Source: an uncultured Acidobacteriota bacterium (lineage in GTDB: Bacteria > Acidobacteriota > Blastocatellia > RBC074). Taken from it: a stretch of 64,000 nucleotides of DNA. The notes beneath the pieces are model-generated. The model did not search any database and had not been told where the DNA came from. It saw nothing but the letters and a program-made list of their open reading frames with translations. The position numbers were made by a program, and so were the translations under genes. The DNA lies in contig CAWCKY010000006.1 of the NCBI GenBank assembly GCA_963796275.1, positions 2,368,001-2,432,000 of the forward strand. Direction: 5' to 3'. Shown piece by piece: positions 21,061 through 28,728 of this stretch. How positions within the stretch are numbered: the first letter of the stretch is position 1; each line of letters starts with the position of its first letter.

Positions 21061-22425
21061 TCAGGGCCTCACGCCTTGCCTTTGCTCCAGCGTAAGCCCA
21101 TTCTCAAGAAAGCTAACAAAATGATCGACGACCTTCTCCATCTCCGGAGAATCTTTCTCGATCATCTTATCTACTCGCGCACGTTTGATTGGTTCGGGCC
21201 CCTGATATAATTGACCGTTAAACCGCAAATAGATCAAATATTGATTGGTGTAATAGGCGATTGTTTGCCGAGCCTGCTTGGAGAGCTTGGGAGTCTGCTG
21301 ACCTGGAATTAGCGCTAGCTCCGCGATGCCTCTTTCGTTCCTCGAGTTAGCAATGAATTCGTGAAATCGGCGAAGGCTTTTCTTACCATAATATGCATTA
21401 AGATTCTCTGCTAAAGAACGTGAGTGATCGTAGGCGCTTCCGACATTAATCCCGTCGATATCTCCTATTAAATCAGATCGACTTGCCTCCTTCACGAGGT
21501 AATACTCGAGTGTGAGCGGATCATGTTTGTCTATAGCGTTCCCGGCTTTGTCGGTCGCCAGCCAAAAATGCCGGATAAAAGCATGGAGGGCGCTACCCAG
21601 ATCACCCGACCAAGTTACGATTAAATCTGGTCGGTGTGGTTTGGGCAATTGTTGATCCTGATCAGGCTTCTGTTTTGGCGAGCCTTCAATTCCACAAAGG
21701 ACATGCCCTATTTCAAGCAGTTCTCCATTATCATAGAGTATTTTGTAGAGTCGGAGCCGCTCTTCTGCGGGGCTATGAAGGGCAAAAAGCGGGCTCACAT
21801 TCCGGTGTCGATACAAGACGATATTGAATGGTCCAATAAATTGCGGTTCTCTGGGGCCGCCATGGTATATCTTCCTCACCGAGGCCAAAAAATGTAAATG
21901 GGTCTGCCATGCAGGGCGAGCCTTTTCCTCGCGGTCAACGATTGCCAGGAATCCGGCTAGATCGATTAGCTCCACTACTGCTTTGGCCACGACACTCCCA
22001 CCGTTTTTGATTCCCACTGTCACTTGTACTGTGAGATGACGAACTAAGTAAGGCTTGTAGCTCATCCAGGTGGATGTGATGAATGACCCATCTTGATTGA
22101 TAGGAACAGCACCGCCGCCAGTTATCGCGATCGGCCCACCGACCCCAACATGAGCCTCGGCCTTAGCCAACGGCCAGCGACTATGATCTAGCCCGTAACT
22201 GTAATTCCGCCGGGTTCCTGCTCCGTCAATTTGAACCCTCCCGCTTAGTTTCACCGATCCGTTATATGACGACGGCGGTGTTCTGAAGAATCCCTCGTAC
22301 TGTCCGCTACTACTCCTGGTCAAGGTAATCTCGGGAATTCCATCGATCTTGAGCTTGTCGAGAGTGAGCACTGGCGATAATTGGGGTCCTTCTCCTATTT
22401 TCGTTTCGTTAACTCGTATATACAT
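21061..22425 (-). CDS. hypothetical 454-aa protein: beta-rich N-domain plus helical domain with candidate catalytic H/D residues
   Basis: Long ORF with GGGAGG RBS; EIGHVLCG, TWSGDLG and DLIGDIDG motifs. Confidence 0.75.
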   Translation of the reverse strand: MYIRVNETKIGEGPQLSPVLTLDKLKIDGIPEITLTRSSSGQYEGFFRTPPSSYNGSVKLSGRVQIDGAGTRRNYSYGLDHSRWPLAKAEAHVGVGGPIAITGGGAVPINQDGSFITSTWMSYKPYLVRHLTVQVTVGIKNGGSVVAKAVVELIDLAGFLAIVDREEKARPAWQTHLHFLASVRKIYHGGPREPQFIGPFNIVLYRHRNVSPLFALHSPAEERLRLYKILYDNGELLEIGHVLCGIEGSPKQKPDQDQQLPKPHRPDLIVTWSGDLGSALHAFIRHFWLATDKAGNAIDKHDPLTLEYYLVKEASRSDLIGDIDGINVGSAYDHSRSLAENLNAYYGKKSLRRFHEFIANSRNERGIAELALIPGQQTPKLSKQARQTIAYYTNQYLIYLRFNGQLYQGPEPIKRARVDKMIEKDSPEMEKVVDHFVSFLENGLTLEQRQGVRP

Positions 22426-22537
22426 ACCGATCTTCCTCCCACTTTGTATGGGACTACCTTAGCTTGAGATCGGACACTGGCATTCAGACCTCGCTCATTC
22501 GGTGTTTCCCTCGCGGCAGTTCTGATGCCTAGCCTAT

Positions 22538-23191
22538 CTACTTCGCTACGTGGATGTGGTCTCGATGTGCGTTGAGTAACTTGTCTGAAATCGCTTTATG
22601 CGGTCCCTCGCCTCGCGTCCACGGCCCGAACAGTTGCACCGGATAACCTTTCGGCTGGGCCCATCCCCCATGGGCTTGCAGGGCCTTATAAAGTTTGTGG
22701 CCCAGATTGCGTTTCTTCTCCTCCTCGACCAACCGCGCGCGCGCTTGCGGGTTGGTTACAGCCTTGGCTTTGCGCATCGCGTGGTTCCATTCGTGCGCCC
22801 ATTGGCCGATGCCTTTGCCGCCGACGGCGTAAATGTCTGCTGCGCGTCCGAAACGGTGCAGCCCCAACGTGCCGCGTTTGAGAGAGACGGTTAGCAATTG
22901 CTCGGCGCTGAATCCGTTCGATTGTGCGAATTGCTCCAGGGCCTTGCTCAACTCGCTCGCCAGCGGTGGCGTGACGAGCGATTCCTGGACCGGCGAAACC
23001 ACACGATAGAACTGGCCATTCGGGATCGGTTGCAAGTTGCTTGTCTCAGCGCTCTCCGGTTGCTGCGGAGGTAAGATCGGCACTTGAGTCTGCGCGGGAG
23101 GATGCTTCAGACGAAAGAGACGTACGGGGCGCAGACGCGCCATCCGGCCATCCGGCGTTCTGACCACTCGTGAAGGTGCCCGGCGTTTCAT
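22538..23191 (-). CDS. M15/extensin-like C-terminal (LAS-type) zinc peptidase
   Basis: LHRFGRAADI (H-x6-D) and LFGP...NAHRDHIHV (HxH); ATGA-coupled to the upstream gene; Arg/Pro-rich N-terminus. Confidence 0.7.
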   Translation of the reverse strand: MKRRAPSRVVRTPDGRMARLRPVRLFRLKHPPAQTQVPILPPQQPESAETSNLQPIPNGQFYRVVSPVQESLVTPPLASELSKALEQFAQSNGFSAEQLLTVSLKRGTLGLHRFGRAADIYAVGGKGIGQWAHEWNHAMRKAKAVTNPQARARLVEEEKKRNLGHKLYKALQAHGGWAQPKGYPVQLFGPWTRGEGPHKAISDKLLNAHRDHIHVAK

Positions 23192-23727
23192 CTTACGTTT
23201 CTACCTCCGAAGATTTCGTTGTACCAGTAACGCCCCAGGATTCGACCGGCGAAGGAATTGATCGGATAGTTAGCCAGATTGCTGATCGAGCGATTCCTGA
23301 GAACAAACTCGACTTTGGCGTTTTCGTCGAGCCGCACTGCCACAGGCAGGCAGTTGCAACCCCACGGATTGATGATTCTCTCCAGCCTTGTATAAGGAAA
23401 GAGGGGTTTATCATTTTGCAGAATCAACCACTCGAATCCTGGCGTCTCGATTTGCGAGTTGTCGCGCGCGTAAAGATCGGTGAATTGCGCGAAATGAGTC
23501 AGCACGCCGCAATATTGCGGATGAAGTTGAAAACTCGCCAGCACTACCTGCTCGCCTCGCGGCGGCAGATTTTCGACCGGTTTTAAGGGATCGCGGAACT
23601 GTGCGAACGGGTCAGTCTCGCAAGCATCCAGCGCGATACCGATCGATCCGCTAACATCGAAATATTCGGCGTCGAGAGGGATACCGCAGATCACACAGGA
23701 ATTGTTGTTCGACGTTTTCGCAATCAT
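23188..23727 (-). CDS. hypothetical beta-sandwich protein, putative minor capsid/penton-like
   Basis: Alternating beta-strand patterns (VVLASFQL, FEWLIL, VAVRLDENAKVEFVLRN, FAGRILGRYW); N-terminal CVIC. The fold is inference. Confidence 0.55.
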   Translation of the reverse strand: MIAKTSNNNSCVICGIPLDAEYFDVSGSIGIALDACETDPFAQFRDPLKPVENLPPRGEQVVLASFQLHPQYCGVLTHFAQFTDLYARDNSQIETPGFEWLILQNDKPLFPYTRLERIINPWGCNCLPVAVRLDENAKVEFVLRNRSISNLANYPINSFAGRILGRYWYNEIFGGRNVR

Positions 23728-23730
23728 CGT

Positions 23731-25053
23731 TTATCCCGGAACCCGGCCCGTGCCGAGCATTTTGTAACCCTGCAAAACCAGGGAGAGCGTACCCGCGGGG
23801 CCGGAGAGTTCTTCGACCTGAATGCGGACCGAAGATTTGGGCTCTGACATGAACGGCTTGGCAAATGGCCGGAACGGGCGGTCGCCATTGGCGACGCCGA
23901 GCCCGGCAATGTTGTGAATCGGCTTGCTCTGGTATTCGCGCCCCGTGCTGCTGACATCAAGGCTGTAGAGAAAACTCACCTCTTCCGCAGCCACAGCGCC
24001 GGTTTCGAAGATTCTTCCCAGGGTCCCGCCGGCGACTTGATCGATCGCCAGATTGGCCGCGATGAGGCCGTTCGCTTCGGGATTGAGTTTAAACCCGCGC
24101 GTCAAATCCACTCCGCTCCTCTCCAGTCCGGCGGCTAAGGCTCCCAGCGAAATATTTGACAGTCTCACGCGCGGGATGTCGAAGACGCTGAAGGCGACGC
24201 CTAGAAGGCTCGAGGGCGAGAGACCGGTGATAAGCAGATCGCCCGGTGAGAGCAGGCCGCCGAGTTCTACCAGCTTGCCAGAAGCTGTAGCGCCTGTGGC
24301 GAATTGGAAAGGCTTATCCAGTAAAGCCGACTTTCGAATCGAGGTGCTTCCATCACTCTTCAACACGGTGAGATCAACCAGGCTGTTTTGTGAACCGTAA
24401 ATATGTACACGGTCAGTGCCTGCTGACGGCAATTGTTTGGTGGTTGGATCCGGGCCAATCACTGGCGTCATGAGTGTCGAGGCGTTCAAGGGACCTATCT
24501 CCAACTGTTGGGTGAACAGGTTATTGGTTCGATCCCAGAGGAGAAACCGGCTCTCGGGGGAGATCACCGGGACCTCCTCAGTTCCTTCCAAAACCAGAAG
24601 TAGAGTGCCATCCGATCCGATCGTCCCGCTCGTCAAAATTCCAGGCAGGGTGTTTTCGAGAACTGCGATGCCTGTGGCAGGTGGGTCGTCGAGAAGCACC
24701 AGGGCGATATCTGCGCCGGGGGCGCTGGTGATGAACAACTTGTTGATATTGCCGTTCGAAAAGAATGGGACAAAAGAGGGACTTCGCAAAAGCGTATTTT
24801 GGTTGATCACCGGCCCGAAAGTGCGCGGCGTTTGGCGTTCATCCAAGACGAGGCTATAGCCGACCGACAAGGCCACGAAGACGCCCTCGGTGCTGATCTC
24901 TACGACATCCTGCACCTTGTTGCCGCGCTGCCCCAGGAGCGTGAATTGAAAGACATAATCGAAAGGGATCGTCTTCACCGCGGGCGGCGCGTTCGTGCGA
25001 ACGGCGCCGCGTTGGGGGACCGCTCTCGGATTGGGATAACCGAATTGGCTCAT
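23731..25053 (-). CDS. putative jelly-roll structural protein with ~270-aa insertion (spike-like)
   Basis: N-part IPFDYV...GVFVALSVGYSL and C-part TGREYQ...GDRPF...QGYK align with both halves of 25101-26513. Confidence 0.6.
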   Translation of the reverse strand: MSQFGYPNPRAVPQRGAVRTNAPPAVKTIPFDYVFQFTLLGQRGNKVQDVVEISTEGVFVALSVGYSLVLDERQTPRTFGPVINQNTLLRSPSFVPFFSNGNINKLFITSAPGADIALVLLDDPPATGIAVLENTLPGILTSGTIGSDGTLLLVLEGTEEVPVISPESRFLLWDRTNNLFTQQLEIGPLNASTLMTPVIGPDPTTKQLPSAGTDRVHIYGSQNSLVDLTVLKSDGSTSIRKSALLDKPFQFATGATASGKLVELGGLLSPGDLLITGLSPSSLLGVAFSVFDIPRVRLSNISLGALAAGLERSGVDLTRGFKLNPEANGLIAANLAIDQVAGGTLGRIFETGAVAAEEVSFLYSLDVSSTGREYQSKPIHNIAGLGVANGDRPFRPFAKPFMSEPKSSVRIQVEELSGPAGTLSLVLQGYKMLGTGRVPG

Positions 25054-25100
25054 AGTGTCGCTCTCTTACAATCGCGCCGGCGAACATCCTGACGGCGCGT

Positions 25101-26513
25101 TTAACGAAGAATCTTGTATCCCTGAAAGACCAGGAAGAGACGGCCCCTTCCGAAGATCTCTTCCACCTGCACGCGAATGGTCGAACGCGGCAGAAATGTC
25201 ATCGGTTTATGGAAGACCTTGAATGGGCGGTCGCCGTTGGCGATGCCGAGGCTGGCGACGTTGAAGGCGCGCTGGCTCTGCAACTCGCGGCCGGTTCCCG
25301 TGTCAATGATTGAATAGAGGAACCGAACCTCCTCCGGACGGTTCACGCTCTGGAACAGTCGCCCCAACAAATCCCGGCTCACCGTATTCAACTGGCCGCC
25401 GGCGGAGAAGGCGAAGCGCACGCGTAACGGATCGAGCCGGATCCCGTCGAAGAGGGATTGTACGGGTTTGATTTCTCTTAGTTTGATTTCGCCCAGTTTG
25501 AATACATCCGGATTGACCGGGTCCGGTTGGGAGTCGATCTCGATCCTGGTGTCGCCTGCGTCCAGGCTGTAGCCTACCGCCGTCGCGACATAACCTCCGT
25601 CGACATTGATCGGAACTTCGTCTTCGAGGATGTTTCCCGGTTGCCCGGTCAAATCGAGCGTCGAGACATAATCGAACGGCACGATGCGCGTCGAGGGCGC
25701 GTCGTGCTCAATCGCCTCGCCGAGCGGCCGATAGTTGCCCGTTTCGTGATCGTAGACCGGTATCTTCTTGATCGGCTCGAACTCCGCCAGCCGCCGAGTC
25801 TCTTCTTCCGCCGCCCCCGCCAGGCCGAGCACTTTGTATCCTTGCAGCGTGATGAAGAGCCTGCCCGTTACACCTGCCGTCCGCTCTTCGATCTGCAATC
25901 GAATCGTCGATCGTGGCAGGAAGACCATCGGCTGCGGCAGCATTTTGAACGGCCTCCGCCCGTCGGCGCGGCCCAGCGTCGCCAGGCTGTCCACCGGCTT
26001 GTTCTGCAACTCGCGGCCGGTTCCGGTGTCGACCAGGCTGAGCAGGAAGCTGAAATTGTCCACCGGCTTCAATCGCTGAAAAAGCTTTTGCCTTAGCTCC
26101 TGGTTCAAAGGCAAACTTGCATTCAAGCCGCCATTTTCCGATATGAGAGCGCGCAAGTTCGGATTTAGTCTGAACCCTTCGATCAGCACATCGGGGGGCA
26201 GGTTTGCTAGCTTGACATCGCCGAGGGTGGCCAGGGTAATCGGCGTGGCTGTGGTGTTAGTGGCTGGGGAGGGAACCAAGTCGACCTTCTCTGCGCGCTC
26301 TTCCGCCAAGCCGTAGCCGACGGCTGTAGCGACGAAGACGCCTTCGGCGCTGATGTTGATCACGTCCTGAACGAGGTTGCCGACCTCTCCCCTGAGCGTG
26401 AAGTCGGCCACGTACTCGTAGGGGATGACGCGCGCCGCCGGCGCGCTATGCGACTGTTCGCGACCGAACGAATTGGCGCCCCTCGGCGGATTGGGCTGAG
26501 CCATGCGGTTCAT
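25101..26513 (-). CDS. putative structural protein with tandem duplicated jelly-roll-like domain
   Basis: Two internal copies of P(Y/F)xYV...VATAVGY.L...DTGTGRELQ...G.RPFK...FLPRSTIR.Q.EE...GRLF...QGYK. Confidence 0.65.
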   Translation of the reverse strand: MNRMAQPNPPRGANSFGREQSHSAPAARVIPYEYVADFTLRGEVGNLVQDVINISAEGVFVATAVGYGLAEERAEKVDLVPSPATNTTATPITLATLGDVKLANLPPDVLIEGFRLNPNLRALISENGGLNASLPLNQELRQKLFQRLKPVDNFSFLLSLVDTGTGRELQNKPVDSLATLGRADGRRPFKMLPQPMVFLPRSTIRLQIEERTAGVTGRLFITLQGYKVLGLAGAAEEETRRLAEFEPIKKIPVYDHETGNYRPLGEAIEHDAPSTRIVPFDYVSTLDLTGQPGNILEDEVPINVDGGYVATAVGYSLDAGDTRIEIDSQPDPVNPDVFKLGEIKLREIKPVQSLFDGIRLDPLRVRFAFSAGGQLNTVSRDLLGRLFQSVNRPEEVRFLYSIIDTGTGRELQSQRAFNVASLGIANGDRPFKVFHKPMTFLPRSTIRVQVEEIFGRGRLFLVFQGYKILR

Positions 26514-26531
26514 AACTCTTCCTCGGTTTCA

Positions 26532-26586
26532 GCCGCAGATTAACGCAGGTAGATACAGGTAGCTTTCAATCGCGCTGATCTGCGGC
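26532..26586. repeat. intergenic hairpin (REP-like) directly downstream of the putative major capsid gene
   Basis: GCCGCAGATTAACGC (26532-26546) pairs imperfectly with GCGCTGATCTGCGGC (26572-26586). Confidence 0.65.
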
Positions 26587-26608
26587 CGGGTTTTCATTCA
26601 TTGCACGT

Positions 26609-27508
26609 CTATTGCACGTCGCGCGTCATGTACCCATCGAGGACGACCCAAATGAAGAGCGGCCCATAGAGTCTTTGCAGATCGCTCAGCACTTCGCTCT
26701 CCGGTACTTCGATCTCGACGCGGAAGTTCTGTTGCGCATCGATTTTCACCGCCTCGGCGAAACGAAAGGTCGCTTGTGGACTCGGATAGCCGTGCGTCGT
26801 GACCCTGCCGTCCTCCGAATATGGGCCGGCGCCGGCGGGGAAGAACCACGTCGGAACCTGAATCATGATCTTCTCGCCGACGAAGAAGGTGGTGACGGTG
26901 TTATAGATGAACTTGCCGATCAGCCCGCCGAAACCATTATTAGGGAAGATCTGTTCTTTCGCCGGAATGATATCTTTCCCGAACTTATCCACCGCCTCTT
27001 TCAATGTCGTGCGGGTGATCTCGGCCAATTCATCCGGGGCCAGCGGCTGCGTTGTTGTGTCCGGTGGGATCGCCGTGACTGTCAGACCGAGATTCTCCAA
27101 CGCGTCGAGTGACAGCCGGAGCGCCTTTATCTCCGAGCTCTCAACCCGGCGTGTGAACTCCACGAAATGCGTCAGCTTGAAGTTGCTCAGCTCCACTTTC
27201 CTATTGCCCACTGGTTGCCCGGCGCAGTCGACGACAACTACTTCGAGTTTGATGGTAGCGCTCTCAGAGACCACCGACGGCAAATCCGAGATCACCACCC
27301 GCAGCGCATGCGCCTCAAAAGTGTTCCAGTGCGGCAACAACGACGCAGCCTGCATGTTCGTCAACAACTTCGTCTTTCCCGTTACATCCTGAAAGAACCG
27401 TAAAACGTTGGATGTGAGAATCTCGCCCAATCTTCTCCCCGGTTTGATTGCGACAGCATCATATAACTGCTGATGTACTAGCTCTCTGACTCCTTTGACG
27501 ACAGCCAT
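26609..27508 (-). CDS. putative major capsid-like (jelly-roll) protein
   Basis: Strong AGGAGG RBS. QLYD..LRFFQ..GKT..TNM...LP...F...ALRV and FPAG.G...G.P...QQNFRVEI...WVVLDG..RDVQ resemble, from memory, MCPs of uncultured tailless phages/proviruses; not verified by search. Confidence 0.55.
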   Translation of the reverse strand: MAVVKGVRELVHQQLYDAVAIKPGRRLGEILTSNVLRFFQDVTGKTKLLTNMQAASLLPHWNTFEAHALRVVISDLPSVVSESATIKLEVVVVDCAGQPVGNRKVELSNFKLTHFVEFTRRVESSEIKALRLSLDALENLGLTVTAIPPDTTTQPLAPDELAEITRTTLKEAVDKFGKDIIPAKEQIFPNNGFGGLIGKFIYNTVTTFFVGEKIMIQVPTWFFPAGAGPYSEDGRVTTHGYPSPQATFRFAEAVKIDAQQNFRVEIEVPESEVLSDLQRLYGPLFIWVVLDGYMTRDVQ

Positions 27509-27525
27509 AGCTTCCTCCTAGCTAT

Positions 27526-28392
27526 CTACCAGAGCGGTTGAAACCAACCGCTGCGGGATTTGGATTGTTCTTCCGCAGGGCGGATGTTTTCGCAGGTCGG
27601 GTTGATTGTCCTCGGACGCTGGTAACCCTCGACGCCGTTGATGTTCTCCAACGGTACGACCCGCGGGTTGATCTCCCGCTCCCGCACATAGCCTTCGACA
27701 GGGGCTTCCGCGAAATAACCCATCTCCGGCGCATTACCGTAACCCATCACTTCTGGCGCTTCGCCGTAGTAGCCCATTTGATCGGGCGCTTCGGCGTAAT
27801 AGCCCATCTGATCGGGTGCTTCATAGACATAACCCATGGCTTCCGGTGCCTCTGCGTAATAGCCCATCTGATCGGGCGCTTCCGCGTAATAGCCCATTTG
27901 ATCGGGCTGTTGATAGACCTCGTTGACGCCGGCAAATTCCGGAGCTTCGGCGTAATAGCCCATCGTCTGTGGCACCTCATAGACGTAACCGACTTCCGGC
28001 GCCTCCGCGTAGTAACCGGTGCCTTCGACAAAACCCGGTGGCGGATCGGCGATATAGCCCATCCCGTGAGGCGAGCCATAACCGGAAACCTCCGGCGATT
28101 CGTAGATGTAACCGACCGTTTCCGGCGCTTCGCCGTAATACCCGACGTTCTCCGGCGCCTCGTAAACGTAGCCTACATTTTCCGGTACTTCATAAACGTA
28201 ACCGAGAGGCTCCGGCGCCTCGTAGACATAGCCCATCTGATCAGGCACTTCAGCGAAGTAACCCGAGATCGTGGGAGCCGGGCATCTACGCTTTCTCGCT
28301 CCTGGCTTGGGTATTGGATAGAACCGCATGCGTTTTCCTCCTTGCTGTGGTATTGGATTGACAATCATGATTTCATCGAAATGGCCTGCCAT
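27526..28392 (-). CDS. acidic Tyr/Gly/Glu/Pro-rich decapeptide-repeat protein
   Basis: AGGAGG RBS before ATG 28392; ~18-20 copies of (M/V/L)GY(Y/V)(A/Y)EAP(D/E)x. Confidence 0.85.
   Translation of the reverse strand: MAGHFDEIMIVNPIPQQGGKRMRFYPIPKPGARKRRCPAPTISGYFAEVPDQMGYVYEAPEPLGYVYEVPENVGYVYEAPENVGYYGEAPETVGYIYESPEVSGYGSPHGMGYIADPPPGFVEGTGYYAEAPEVGYVYEVPQTMGYYAEAPEFAGVNEVYQQPDQMGYYAEAPDQMGYYAEAPEAMGYVYEAPDQMGYYAEAPDQMGYYGEAPEVMGYGNAPEMGYFAEAPVEGYVREREINPRVVPLENINGVEGYQRPRTINPTCENIRPAEEQSKSRSGWFQPLW
27700..28270 (-). repeat. coding 30-bp degenerate tandem repeat
   Basis: Recurring TAATAGCCCATCTGATCGGGCGCTTC-like units that vary mostly at synonymous positions. Confidence 0.9.
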
Positions 28393-28403
28393 ATTCTGCC
28401 TCC

Positions 28404-28718
28404 TCATCCTTCAATCCCGCGCTTTGTCACCCGGTATCGACCGCCGATGATGTATAACCGCCTGCCTGTCGGATCGGCGGCCAGGACGGGAAATTGCTGC
28501 TCGAAGAAATGAACATAGTTCTGCGGAACTTCTCCGGGCGCGCGGCTGGCACGATAGATCACTCCGCGCAGTTCTCCGAGCGGCATTAACGGCGGCGCCA
28601 ATCGGATTATCCGCAGACGCCTGGTCTCGCATGCGCAACCCGAACCGCATCCGCAGGACGAGCCACAGGCGCAATCCGAACCGAATTGTGGTTGGGAACA
28701 ACCGCAAGCACACGACAT
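28404..28718 (-). CDS. 104-aa protein with Cys-rich N-terminus and small beta domain
   Basis: AGGAG RBS before ATG 28718; 9 Cys in CxC motifs; LGELRGVIY...YVHFF...LYIIGGRYRVTKRGIEG. Confidence 0.75.
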   Translation of the reverse strand: MSCACGCSQPQFGSDCACGSSCGCGSGCACETRRLRIIRLAPPLMPLGELRGVIYRASRAPGEVPQNYVHFFEQQFPVLAADPTGRRLYIIGGRYRVTKRGIEG

Positions 28719-28728
28719 GACTCGACTC

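Noticed and set aside
22516-22531. Second sigma54-like site (minus strand TAGGCATCAGAACTGC) ahead of the tail genes
   Set aside because: GG-N10-GC spacing is right, but it mismatches both TGGC and TTGC; too weak to call without conservation data.
27700-28270. 30-bp periodic repeats as a CRISPR array
   Set aside because: No unique spacers; the period is a multiple of 3 with synonymous variation inside an ORF; no cas genes.
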